Part shown: piece after piece, positions 39,797 to 49,418 of the stretch
Numbering within the stretch: position 1 is the stretch's first letter
How the letters are laid out: each line of letters begins with the position of its first letter
Source: Candidatus Poribacteria bacterium
GTDB lineage: Bacteria; Poribacteria; WGA-4E; WGA-3G
Direction of reading: 5' to 3'
Length of the DNA stretch: 64,000 bases
Assembly (NCBI GenBank): GCA_965197475.1
Contig: CBDANF010000003.1
Span: 1,984,001 to 2,048,000, forward strand
Program-made: the position numbers and the translations under genes
Notes under the pieces: generated by a model
The model's database searches: none
Seen by the model: the letters and a program-made list of their open reading frames with translations, nothing else
Told to the model about the DNA's origin: nothing

Positions 39797-39878
39797 CGAA
39801 CTCTAAGAAGTAGCAGAAATACTTCGGGTATTGTTTTTCTATGTTTAGGCTTGTAGAAACTCATGTTTTTCATCGCTA

Positions 39879-40700
39879 TTACGGGAGGGTATCCTCAGTG
39901 GGACGCGGGTTGTGAACCCAATGCCCACTCGGATCGCTACCTCTCGCGATAATTGCCCGTTGGTTCCAATTGTTCGCAGCATGGACTTCTGGTGGGACAA
40001 ATCGCATTGTCAAACCGCATCGTCTCCGATTAGAGGTGTTCGGTTCCGAACCGTGTAACAGCAGATCAGAATGTAGCGAAAGCTGCCCCGCTTTCATTTC
40101 AAATGGCATAGGCGCATCACCAAACTCTTCAGGCTCAAGAACTGTCTGGCTAAGCACGTTCTTTTCTTCAGCTGTACTCCGTTCAAACGCTATTTGCCCG
40201 TGCAGATGGGATTTGGGAATAACAGCCATCGCACCGTTTTCAACCGATGCGTCATCAATCGCGAGCCAAACAGTGACAGTTTTACTCGGAGAGAGAGGCC
40301 AGTATGAGGCATCCTGATGCCAACTTACTTGTTTTGCTTCACCAGGAAGTTTGCAAAAGTAATGTGTTCCCCAACAGATAAGATTTTCACCAAGCAGGTC
40401 TTGGACATAGTCCAATATTTTATCTTCAGTAATCAGGTCATGAATGCCTGGACAACATGTATGCCATCCGTTAATGGAATAACTGTTTCCACCTTCTGCC
40501 AGAACTTTTTCCATGAGGTGATTGAAGTACTCGCGATGTTGAGAGATTTCTGCTTCGGAAAACACGTCTAATGGGCAGATAAACCCTTTTTCATTAAAGT
40601 GTTGAATTTGTGCGGGTGTTAACGTAGATGGATTTTCGTTTTCAACCGGAAAAAACTGTAGTTCGCGCTTGAGGTCCGGCATTGCATCTGTAATAGCCAT
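39879..40700 (-). CDS. Phytanoyl-CoA dioxygenase (PhyH) family Fe/2OG oxygenase
   Basis: WHQDASYW (HxD), WLAIDD..VENG and LLHGSEPN...RR. Confidence 0.9.
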   Translation of the reverse strand: MAITDAMPDLKRELQFFPVENENPSTLTPAQIQHFNEKGFICPLDVFSEAEISQHREYFNHLMEKVLAEGGNSYSINGWHTCCPGIHDLITEDKILDYVQDLLGENLICWGTHYFCKLPGEAKQVSWHQDASYWPLSPSKTVTVWLAIDDASVENGAMAVIPKSHLHGQIAFERSTAEEKNVLSQTVLEPEEFGDAPMPFEMKAGQLSLHSDLLLHGSEPNTSNRRRCGLTMRFVPPEVHAANNWNQRAIIARGSDPSGHWVHNPRPTEDTLP

Positions 40701-40741
40701 TGAAAAGTCCTTTCTCCTATACAGGCGAAGAATATCCTCTT

Positions 40742-40853
40742 ATACCATTTCTCAAAAATAACTTCTCTTAAAAAAATAGACAGTTCGTAGTCGCGCAATT
40801 CATTGCGCCTCTTACATTTTTTCAAAAGAGAAAATAATTTATAGAATTGGTAT
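40742..40853. mobile_element. MITE-like cassette with REP gtagtcgcgcaattcattgcgc; truncates the TPR gene
   Basis: TIR ataccatttct / agaattggtat (10/11, imperfectly extendable). REP at 40787-40808. Confidence 0.7.
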
Positions 40854-41318
40854 TACTTCTCGCTGTTTCAGATAAACCAACCCTATATTATAGTGTGGTT
40901 CCGCTGTCATCGGGGCTAACTGTAACGCTTTCTCATAGGCATCAAGCGCAGCTTTGTATTGTTTGAGTTCTGAGTGCGTTATTCCGAGGGAATTGTAGAA
41001 AACAGCAGAATCTGGGTTGAGTGTGATGGCTTCTTTGTATTCCGATATTGCCTTTTCGAACGCCTCTCACGCGTAGTAAACTGATGCTTTCTGATAATGC
41101 ACCTTAGCAAGCCAGTTAACTTCTGCATCCGCTTGCCTCGCGCGAATTGATTCATCAAAAGCTTTAAGTGCCTTCTGATACCGACCCTCTTCCAAGTATT
41201 TTATACCGTGTTGGTAGTACTCGTTGGCACGGTTAGCAAAAGCGATGTTTCCTAAAGCACTAAAGAGAATGAGTATCGTTACGTATCTTAACATTTGAAG
41301 GATAAGATTTACGTTCAT
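40839..41318 (-). pseudogene. Secreted TPR protein with an internal TGA and a 3' end cut by the MITE
   Basis: TPR reading continues in frame past TGA 41067-41069 (EAFEKAISEYKEAITLNPDSAVFYNSLG...PHYNIGLVYLKQ) and stops inside the MITE end. Confidence 0.8.
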
Positions 41319-41331
41319 AATTAAATAAAAT

Positions 41332-41353
41332 AGGGCAGAGTTGTCTCTGCCCT
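41332..41353 (-). terminator. Intrinsic terminator after the LamG gene
   Basis: agggcagag/ctctgccct stem followed by ATTTTATTT on the - strand. Confidence 0.7.
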
Positions 41354-41366
41354 TGTAAAATCACAC

Positions 41367-42145
41367 TTATCTGCGGCGGTCTGCCTTAATGACAGCCCAT
41401 GTCGTAGCCAGTTTCTCTGCGGGTTCTACCGGTGCAAATTCACCATTTTTAATTGTGTTGATCTCACCTTCGGTAAGGATTCGATTAAAGAGATACACCT
41501 CGTCAATAGTACCTGTGAAAAATTCTAGACCGTGGTGTCTTGCACCGACCATAATTGAACCGTCAATCTCAGCAACCATTCCCGGTTTTCCACCACCGCC
41601 AACTTTTTCGCCATCGTAGTAAAAGATAAGCTCAGAGCCAGTGTCATGTGTAACCGCAAGATGCACCCAATCTTGAGGTTGATCAACGTTGGAAACACCT
41701 CTTTGTCCCCATCCACCACTGTTAGTAAAGACAAAGGTCTTCGTTTGGTCTCTATTAAAAATGACAGCCCATTTAAGTGAGCCACCAGCAACCATGTAGT
41801 TCCATGTTGCAACTTGCGTATTCCCACGTTTAACCCAAAATACCACTGAAAACTGCTCTCTTAGCTGCAAGGTATCGTTGATAGGCACCATCACATATTG
41901 CCCTTTTGTGCCATCAAATTCAAGTGCCTTGCCGCCAAATTGTCCATCAACCCATGATGGATTACTGATGAGTTCTCCATCATGCCCGTAAGTAGAGCTA
42001 TCTTCGGCAGTACCACCTTTTCCTTCATCAAAGGATAGGTATAACACGAGGGATTATCGTCTAAACCTGCGTCCGATGTTGAAGTAACGATGAACAGTGT
42101 CAATATTGTAACTAATACCGTTGTGAATTTTATCCATTTAAACAC
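41367..42145 (-). pseudogene. LamG/concanavalin-like secreted protein with a 1-nt frameshift (possible sequencing error)
   Basis: RBS AAGGAGG, GTG 42145 and a signal peptide. One extra A at ~42054 restores AGLDDKSLVLYLSFDEG. Motifs WVHLAVT and FTGTIDEV; C-terminal VEPAEKLATTWAVIK. Length 779 nt. Confidence 0.8.
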
Positions 42146-42237
42146 AGCCGAATCCTCCTTAACAGGTTTAATTATGCTTAACAAATAACGTTTCCATAAT
42201 CTATTTGAACACATGATAACACGTAACCACAAATTGT

Positions 42238-43980
42238 TTAGCAGGCACCACATTTTTTACAAACTGTGGTATCACATTGGCTTGTCATAAAGCCTTTTTC
42301 GTGCTTGTTAAATTCGAGTTGTAGGAATTGCGGTTTAACGTTTAGGTCAAGATGATCCCAAGGGTTTACTTCGTTGAATTCGCGTTGACGAAGCGCATAA
42401 AAATCAGGGGCTAATCCGTGTTTACGGAAAGCGTTGTTCCACGATGTTCCACGGGCAATTTCCAATATAACCTTCCCGAGTCGGCGGTCGCCGCGTGCGA
42501 AAACTGCTTCTTGGTGTGCCATGCGCGCACTTGCAGATGATACCTTTATACTACCAAGACTGTTAATCTCCCGCTTTAGAAAGTCAAGTTTCTTCGCAAT
42601 CGTTTTAGGTGGTTCCATCGGCACCCACTGAAACGGCGTATGCGGTTTCGGTACCATTGGTGAAATAGTAAAACTGATTCGACCTATCTTCCCGGTCCGT
42701 TTGGCATGTGGAAGTAGAATTGTACGCATCTCTTTCGCCATTTCTGCAATCGCTGTCACATCTGCTGGTGTTTCGTGAGGGACACCGATGAGGAAGTATA
42801 AGCGAAGATTAAGTATGTCACGTTTCAGTGCCTCTTCAAAGATATAGTAGAGCCGTTCGCGAGGAATCGCTTTATTGACAACCTTTTGGAGTTCTTCAGT
42901 TGCCACTTCGGGAGCGATCGTAATTGTGCCTTGATCGCTATCGGCGAGTGCGTCAAGCAGCGGTGCCTCAACTGTTTCTGCGCGGAGTGAGGCACATGAT
43001 ATGCGGAATCCTTTGTCAACCAAACCCGATGCGATCTCATTTATCTGCGGATGGTCGGAGATGGAGGCACCAACTAACCCGATCCTATCCGTAATACCCC
43101 TTGCTTTTTCTGCCAGGGCAAGTGTGTTTTCTACGGAGCGGTGTCTCGGCCATCGGCGTGCGTAATCTGCTACGCAGAAACGACACTGCCTGCCACATCC
43201 ACGCACAATTTCAATCAGGTGTGCATTTGAGAACTCCGTATTAGGCGTATGAATCTGTGTGCAGGTTTCCACACTATCAAGTACTGGTACTGCTGCGGAG
43301 CGAATTTTCTCTGGAACACCTGGCTTCGGAGTAACCTGTTTAACTTTTCCATCTGAATGGTATGTAACATCGTAAAAACTTGGGACATAAAATCCGGGTT
43401 CTACGCTAAGTGATTTCAATAGGTCATCTTTTGGGGCGTTTGACATCTTCCACTCGTGGAATTTATCCATCAGTTGATGGATTATCAGTTCTGCCTCGCC
43501 TACGACAAAAACATCAATGAAATCAGCCAATGGCTCTGGGTTATAAGAGATGTTAATTCCACCCGCAATGATAAGCGGATCCCACTCGGAGCGTTCTTCA
43601 GCAAGCTGCGGTATGTTTCCTAACGCCAATGCCCGTGGGATATTAACATAGTCAGATTCAAACGAGACAGAAAATCCGACGATATCAAAAGCGTGAAGAG
43701 CGGTTTGTGTTTCCAGAGAGAAGAGAGGAGTACTCTTCTTTATGAGTTCACGGACATACTGAGGTTCGGGTATAAAGAAACGCTCACAGGCGGTGTCCTT
43801 CCGACTGTTCAACGTCGCATGAATGACCTGAATTCCTAAACTTGACATACCAAGCTGATATGTGCTTGGGTAAACCAGGGCAAACTTGTTAGATTTTCTG
43901 AAATGTGTTGGCGCACTTTCCCCTTGCACCGCGTATTTTTCGGTTTTTAGGAGCTGCTGCGCGTACTGGCGTAAATCCAA
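42238..43980 (-). CDS. Radical SAM protein (TIGR03960-like)
   Basis: YPSTYQLGMSSLG, CERFF, RGCGRQCRFC, APEVAT, PKPHTPFQW and a C-terminal CxxxxCxxCxxC. Confidence 0.85.
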   Translation of the reverse strand: MDLRQYAQQLLKTEKYAVQGESAPTHFRKSNKFALVYPSTYQLGMSSLGIQVIHATLNSRKDTACERFFIPEPQYVRELIKKSTPLFSLETQTALHAFDIVGFSVSFESDYVNIPRALALGNIPQLAEERSEWDPLIIAGGINISYNPEPLADFIDVFVVGEAELIIHQLMDKFHEWKMSNAPKDDLLKSLSVEPGFYVPSFYDVTYHSDGKVKQVTPKPGVPEKIRSAAVPVLDSVETCTQIHTPNTEFSNAHLIEIVRGCGRQCRFCVADYARRWPRHRSVENTLALAEKARGITDRIGLVGASISDHPQINEIASGLVDKGFRISCASLRAETVEAPLLDALADSDQGTITIAPEVATEELQKVVNKAIPRERLYYIFEEALKRDILNLRLYFLIGVPHETPADVTAIAEMAKEMRTILLPHAKRTGKIGRISFTISPMVPKPHTPFQWVPMEPPKTIAKKLDFLKREINSLGSIKVSSASARMAHQEAVFARGDRRLGKVILEIARGTSWNNAFRKHGLAPDFYALRQREFNEVNPWDHLDLNVKPQFLQLEFNKHEKGFMTSQCDTTVCKKCGAC

Positions 43981-44032
43981 TTGAATTCCTCTTTATTAGT
44001 CCGTATACGAACAAGATAGGATGCATATAGAA

Positions 44033-45376
44033 TTAGTTTCTACGTTTATCCCTTCTCTGTTGAACCCGAAGGAACGCGGGGATGTCCCACTGTTTTTCAC
44101 GGTTCTGTTCTTGCGCTTCGTTGGACTCCTGTTGATTATTTTCAGGTTCTTCCTTTTCGTGTTGCTGTTGTGTTTTGCCTTGGCGATTCACATTACGCGG
44201 GATTGTAGAACCAGGCTTTTCTTCGTTACCTCTTTCCTGTGGTTGCCTGTCCCAAGCTGGACGTTGCGTGCCACGTTGCGTCCGTCCGGTAGCTCCTGAC
44301 TCAGTATTCCGAACACGACTACCTTGAAGCATCGGGTTTGGTTGTCCCGCTTGTGGTCCCCCTTGTGGGTTATAACCACCACCTCGGTTTGCCAATAAAC
44401 TTGCATTTGAAGGTGGGTCAAAACCGGTGGCAATTACAGTTACCAACACTTCATCGTTAAGTTCCAACTCATCCTTGTAGACTAACCCGAAGATAGGTTG
44501 TGCATCCTCTGATGCTTCCCTGATGACTCCCATCGCTTCATCTAATTCGTGCATCGTGAAATCTGGTGGCGAGGTGATATTAACAATCATCCCGACAGCT
44601 CCGGCGATACTCGTTTCTTCAAGTAGCGGTGAAGAGATAGCGGCTTGCGCTGCGGCTTGCGCACGATTGTCTCCAGTGGCTCGTCCCATACCCATCAGTG
44701 CAGTTCCTGCATCGCGCATGACTGTTTCCACATCGGCAAAGTCAACGTTAATTTCACCTGCTTCTGTAATAATATCCGAAATGCTTTGGACACCATGTAA
44801 TAGGATTTCGTCTCCTATCTTGAATGCTTCTTGAATCGGAAGTTTCCTATCAATTGTATCAATTAGGCGTTGGTTCGGCACTACAATGACAGAATCAGCA
44901 CTGGTTCGAAGTTGCTTCAAACCCTCTTCTGCATTTTCTGCGCGGTGTCTTCCTTCAAAATTGAAGGGACGTGTTACGACACCAACCGTTAAAGCTCCTT
45001 TTTCCTTAGCGAGCGTTGCTATAATTGGTGCAGCACCAGTACCGGTGCCACCTCCCATCCCCGCTGCGACAAAGACCATGTGAGCAGAATCAACAATTTC
45101 TTGTAAACATTCTCGGTCTTCCTCCGCTGCTTTTCTACCAATTTCCGGATTAGCACCTGCACCTAACCCTTTGGTTGTGTTCATACCTATTTTAACTTGT
45201 GTGGCACCATGACAGGTGTTGAGTGCTTGTTGATCCGTGTTAACTGCATAAAACTCAATGCCAGTGAGTCCTGCTTCGATCATACGTCTGACGGCGTTTC
45301 CGCCTGCGCCACCTACACCGATTACTTTGATCTTTGCTCTCGCATTGTCAAATTGCTCTTGTTCAAAATCTATCAT
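44033..45376 (-). CDS. ftsZ: Cell division protein FtsZ
   Basis: GVGGAGGN, GMGGGTGTG, NVDFAD, a long linker and the C-terminal peptide WDIPAFLR. Start MIDFEQ chosen; an in-frame TTG at 45469 is an alternative. Confidence 0.97.
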   Translation of the reverse strand: MIDFEQEQFDNARAKIKVIGVGGAGGNAVRRMIEAGLTGIEFYAVNTDQQALNTCHGATQVKIGMNTTKGLGAGANPEIGRKAAEEDRECLQEIVDSAHMVFVAAGMGGGTGTGAAPIIATLAKEKGALTVGVVTRPFNFEGRHRAENAEEGLKQLRTSADSVIVVPNQRLIDTIDRKLPIQEAFKIGDEILLHGVQSISDIITEAGEINVDFADVETVMRDAGTALMGMGRATGDNRAQAAAQAAISSPLLEETSIAGAVGMIVNITSPPDFTMHELDEAMGVIREASEDAQPIFGLVYKDELELNDEVLVTVIATGFDPPSNASLLANRGGGYNPQGGPQAGQPNPMLQGSRVRNTESGATGRTQRGTQRPAWDRQPQERGNEEKPGSTIPRNVNRQGKTQQQHEKEEPENNQQESNEAQEQNREKQWDIPAFLRVQQRRDKRRN

Positions 45377-45668
45377 TTTTATTTTAGTCACCTTTGGACA
45401 ACTCATCCTTCGGTGCCTCCGCAGCATAATAACTTCCGTTTGATTTGTTGTGGAACGTTGTCTAACCAACGGTAACCTAATTCCTCCTTCTGCATAAGCA
45501 TTTCACTCAGTAAGTGCTATATCAGTGTGTAATTTTATAACACGCTTTGTGCTTGATTCACTGAATTGTAATTATACTATCTAAATTATACAAACAATTT
45601 AGAATTAAATCAATACCATGCGCAACGTTTCCGTAAAAATTGGAATTATCAGCGTTCGCTTAGAGTTC

Positions 45669-45696
45669 TTATATACAATTATATACAATTATATAC
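45669..45696. repeat. 10-bp tandem repeat (ttatatacaa x2.8) between ftsA and ftsZ
   Basis: ttatatacaa ttatatacaa ttatatac. Confidence 0.75.
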
Positions 45697-45796
45697 CTTC
45701 TTACTCTACTCATGTATTACGAAACACGCTATATCTTTAGAATTGCTATTATTTCAAGTTATAGAAAACGAATTGCCGCTGTGGGTCATTTATAAT

Positions 45797-47032
45797 CTAA
45801 TAGCCGAACCATTCCTTTATACGACGGAAAAATCCTCCAATTGGACTTGAACCCCGTCTTAATGCTTGTGCTTTTTTTTGTTCACGTCGCAAGGATTCTC
45901 CGTGCATTGCTAACCCTAAACTTGTAGCATACATCGGATAATTTACTCGGTCCATTAACCCCTTTAGTTCCATGGGATATCCCACTTGTACACGAAGTTG
46001 TAAAATCTGTTCAGCAAGTTCAGTTAAACCATCCATGAGTGCTGTTCCACCTGTCAGCACAAGTCCGCCGGGAAGTTGCATACCGCCAAGTTCATTAGCT
46101 ATTTCCTCAAGAATTTGTACCATTCGAAATTCAATGATTTGTGCCAACTCAAAGCGGCTGATAAACCGAGGAGGCATTGACCCTGTTGTAACCGGGATTG
46201 GATTGGTATCGTCTTCAGGCACCAACTCTGTCCATGCACATCCTCGGTGAAGTTTTAGTTCTTCCGCCATGGGTAGTGTCACTTTTAGAAATTGAGCGAT
46301 GTCGTTTGTTACGTGCTGTCCGCCCACTGGAAATACCACTACGTGTTCAATAGCGTCTTCCTTATAGACAACGATTTCTGTTGTTTGGTCTCCGATATCT
46401 GCAAGTGCGATGCCCACCTCACGTTCACTTCTCTGTAGGACAGATTTTGCGGAGACAACTGGAGCGATAGCAAGGGTTTCCACACTCGGAATTTCTGCAC
46501 TTTCAACGCTGTTTAACAGACTTTGAATTCCACTTGTGGTTCCAGTAATTATATATGTATTTGCTTCTAAACGAGACCCCGACATTCCAACCGGTTCTTT
46601 AATCCGATTGTGCATGTCAATAACAAAGTTCTGCTCCATTACGTGCAGAATATCATGACCATCAGGGATAGCAGCAATTGTTCTTGCCGATTGCACAGCT
46701 CGATCCACATCATCCTTTGTGATCTGTGCAGCATTTTTCACAGTTACCACACCGCGTGATGTTTGTCCAACAATATGCTCACCTGATATGCCTAAACATA
46801 CCGACTCTATGTTTACTCCTGCCATGAGTTCTGCTTCCGAAACCGCTTCTCGTATCGCTTCTGCTGTTTGATTGATGTCAACCACAACCCCTCTTCGCAA
46901 CCCTTTTGAACTCGCAGCACCGACACCGATAATTTCCATCTGCCCATCCAAACTCGGCAAGGTGTGGCAGATAACAACCGAGATTTTGCTTGAGCCGATA
47001 TCCAATCCAGTGATAATCGTTCCTTTTGCCAT
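45797..47032 (-). CDS. ftsA: Cell division protein FtsA
   Basis: GLDIGSSK, DIGDQTT, VLTGG and an amphipathic tail FFRRIKEWF. Confidence 0.96.
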   Translation of the reverse strand: MAKGTIITGLDIGSSKISVVICHTLPSLDGQMEIIGVGAASSKGLRRGVVVDINQTAEAIREAVSEAELMAGVNIESVCLGISGEHIVGQTSRGVVTVKNAAQITKDDVDRAVQSARTIAAIPDGHDILHVMEQNFVIDMHNRIKEPVGMSGSRLEANTYIITGTTSGIQSLLNSVESAEIPSVETLAIAPVVSAKSVLQRSEREVGIALADIGDQTTEIVVYKEDAIEHVVVFPVGGQHVTNDIAQFLKVTLPMAEELKLHRGCAWTELVPEDDTNPIPVTTGSMPPRFISRFELAQIIEFRMVQILEEIANELGGMQLPGGLVLTGGTALMDGLTELAEQILQLRVQVGYPMELKGLMDRVNYPMYATSLGLAMHGESLRREQKKAQALRRGSSPIGGFFRRIKEWFGY

Positions 47033-47989
47033 CTATTTGTTGGCACCTCCTAAATAAAGTGTATCTTCATACCGTGCATCTAAATATGTATATTTTTTTG
47101 GTAAAGGAATATCCGTATTACCTGCACGTGTTTTTGCCAATGTGTTTACATGTGACATTTGCTTTTCTTTTTGCAGGATAGAGAGTCCCTGCTGTTTTAC
47201 AAACAGATCAACATGGTGAAGTCCTGTTTCAATCAAATCTGACGCGATCCACACTGGCATATCTAAACTTTCTGTGTCAATGATTATTTTCTGCGAATTT
47301 CGCGCGTCAATGGTTTTCAGGTCTGTTGTTAGTTTGTGTGCTCTCAACATTACGAGTTTCAGAATATGAATGCCGAGTTGTGTTGTACCGGTTTTTATCT
47401 GTTTGCCAATCTGAGGTTCCTGTATCCCTTCATCCAGAATGAGCGTCATGTGGTTATATTTTTCTGGTGTAATAGATTCTAACACATAACCTTCTCCATC
47501 TACCAAAAAAAAATTATCTTTGCTTTTTCTTCCTGTTTTTTTTTTAGATACATTTTCTGATTCCGGTTCTTCTAATAAGGTATGTTTTACACGTGCAAAC
47601 GGTTCACGTTCAGTAATTTCAATAGTCAACTGCCGTCTTACAAAATTTTTGGAAATGTGAGCATCCTCAATATAACTCAGATTCTCCTTTAGAAACGCAA
47701 CATTTTTCGCTTCGGAATCTGTGATGATATTGCCAAGGTTTTCGCCTAAGACATCATAAATTTGTCCTTCAGTATAGTGAGAATTACCAAAAAGAGCGAT
47801 AGATACGTTCACGTGTTCAAAATCGAAAAAACTGAGTAGGATCTTTCCTAAAAACAGCAAAGTTATGACCAAAATGCCGAGTATGATTATCCTTCGGGCA
47901 CGATATTTCGGTGTGCGAATCCCCCCTGGTTTGAAAATGCGATGGGAGAGACTATCTTTTTTCCGTGCGCGTTTTTTTGGAAAAATCAT
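47033..47989 (-). CDS. ftsQ: Cell division protein FtsQ/DivIB
   Basis: Single TM, POTRA (GNSHYT...IEITEREP) and YLDARY. Lies upstream of ftsA. Confidence 0.82.
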   Translation of the reverse strand: MIFPKKRARKKDSLSHRIFKPGGIRTPKYRARRIIILGILVITLLFLGKILLSFFDFEHVNVSIALFGNSHYTEGQIYDVLGENLGNIITDSEAKNVAFLKENLSYIEDAHISKNFVRRQLTIEITEREPFARVKHTLLEEPESENVSKKKTGRKSKDNFFLVDGEGYVLESITPEKYNHMTLILDEGIQEPQIGKQIKTGTTQLGIHILKLVMLRAHKLTTDLKTIDARNSQKIIIDTESLDMPVWIASDLIETGLHHVDLFVKQQGLSILQKEKQMSHVNTLAKTRAGNTDIPLPKKYTYLDARYEDTLYLGGANK

Positions 47990-47994
47990 TATTT

Positions 47995-49365
47995 TTAACT
48001 CATTCTTGATGCACGTTTGTTTAAAAATTTGCGTCCTACATGCACAATATCGCCTGCCCCAAGCGTGATAACCAAATCATTTGGTCGCGTAATTGCAATT
48101 AGACGGTCAACTACCTCATCCATTTCAGATATGTAAATTACATTTGGATGCCCATGCGCTTCGATCGCACGGGCTAAGTTTTCTCCAGTCACATTCTCTA
48201 TTGGTTCTTCGCCTGCACCGTAGATTGATGTCACAATCAGTATGTCCGCCTGATAAAATGATCGGCAGAACTCATTAGCCAGATCGCGTACGCGCGCATA
48301 TCGATGTGGTTGAAAAACAGCCACAATTCGTCGGTTATAGCCCTCTCTGGCACCTCGCAGAGCTGCCATTAGTTTTGCGGGGTTATGTGCGTAATCGTCA
48401 ACAACAACTATATCATCAACGGTTCCCAACACTTCAAACCGACGGTGTACGCCTTGAAAGGATTCAAGTGCGTCTTGAATTCTGGCGAACGAAATTTCCA
48501 ATTCAAATCCTACTGCTATTGCAGCTAACGAATTTGCAATATTGTGCCGTCCGGGCATTTTAAGATGGACTTTGCCGCACACCTCTCCATAATTCCGAAC
48601 TTGAAAAAGAGAGGTGGGCCCGTCGATCTTAATTTCCTCTGCAATCAAGTCAGCACGTGTATCAAGTCCGTATGTCACAAACTTCTTTTCAACCTGTGGA
48701 ATAAGTTTTTGTATATTTTCTTGATCAAGACACAAAACAGCAGTTCCATAAAATGGAACTTTGTTGATAAATGTTAGAAACGTTTTTCCGATTTCTTCAA
48801 TGCTATTGTAATAATCCAGATGATCAGCATCAACAGAAGTGACAACAGCGATAGTCGGATAAAACATTTCAATTGAACCGTATGCTTCATCTGCTTCTAT
48901 AACCATAACATCACCGTGTCCACTTCGTGCGTTACTTCCATTGACCAACTTTGCTCCAACAACGACTGTTGGATCAAGTGTTGACAAAACAGCAGCGGTC
49001 ATTGCTGTTGTTGTCGTTTTCCCATGGGTGCCACTGACAGCAATGCTATACCGCATCCGTGTAATCTCATTTAACATTTCTGCTCCCCGAATAATGGGGA
49101 TTTTGGCAAGCATCGCAGCTTGTAGTTCTGGATTGTCCTCTGGAATGGCAGGTGACATGACGACTACATCTGCTCCATTCACTTGGGAGGACGCATGACC
49201 GTACCAAATTTTGGCACCACATGTCTTTAAATGCTCTGTCGTAGCAGACTTTTTAATGTCTGAGCCAGTGACATCAAAATCATGGTCAAGCAGGACCTCT
49301 GCAATCCCACTTAAGCCTGCTCCACCTATACCTATGATATGGATGTGTTGTGTCTTTCCAAACAA
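47995..49365 (-). CDS. murC: UDP-N-acetylmuramate--L-alanine ligase
   Basis: IGIGGAGLSG, GTHGKTTTT, GVHRRF and DDYAHNP. TTG start with GGAG. Confidence 0.96.
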   Translation of the reverse strand: MFGKTQHIHIIGIGGAGLSGIAEVLLDHDFDVTGSDIKKSATTEHLKTCGAKIWYGHASSQVNGADVVVMSPAIPEDNPELQAAMLAKIPIIRGAEMLNEITRMRYSIAVSGTHGKTTTTAMTAAVLSTLDPTVVVGAKLVNGSNARSGHGDVMVIEADEAYGSIEMFYPTIAVVTSVDADHLDYYNSIEEIGKTFLTFINKVPFYGTAVLCLDQENIQKLIPQVEKKFVTYGLDTRADLIAEEIKIDGPTSLFQVRNYGEVCGKVHLKMPGRHNIANSLAAIAVGFELEISFARIQDALESFQGVHRRFEVLGTVDDIVVVDDYAHNPAKLMAALRGAREGYNRRIVAVFQPHRYARVRDLANEFCRSFYQADILIVTSIYGAGEEPIENVTGENLARAIEAHGHPNVIYISEMDEVVDRLIAITRPNDLVITLGAGDIVHVGRKFLNKRASRMS

Positions 49366-49418
49366 CGCTAATCTCCATTTCACAACCACTGTTGAATTAC
49401 GAATATGATTTATCTTCT

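Noticed and set aside
41040-41069. Selenocysteine or recoded TGA in the TPR gene
   Set aside because: There is no redox motif and no convincing SECIS hairpin. Other genes here use TGA as a normal stop (thiI, batB, ddl).
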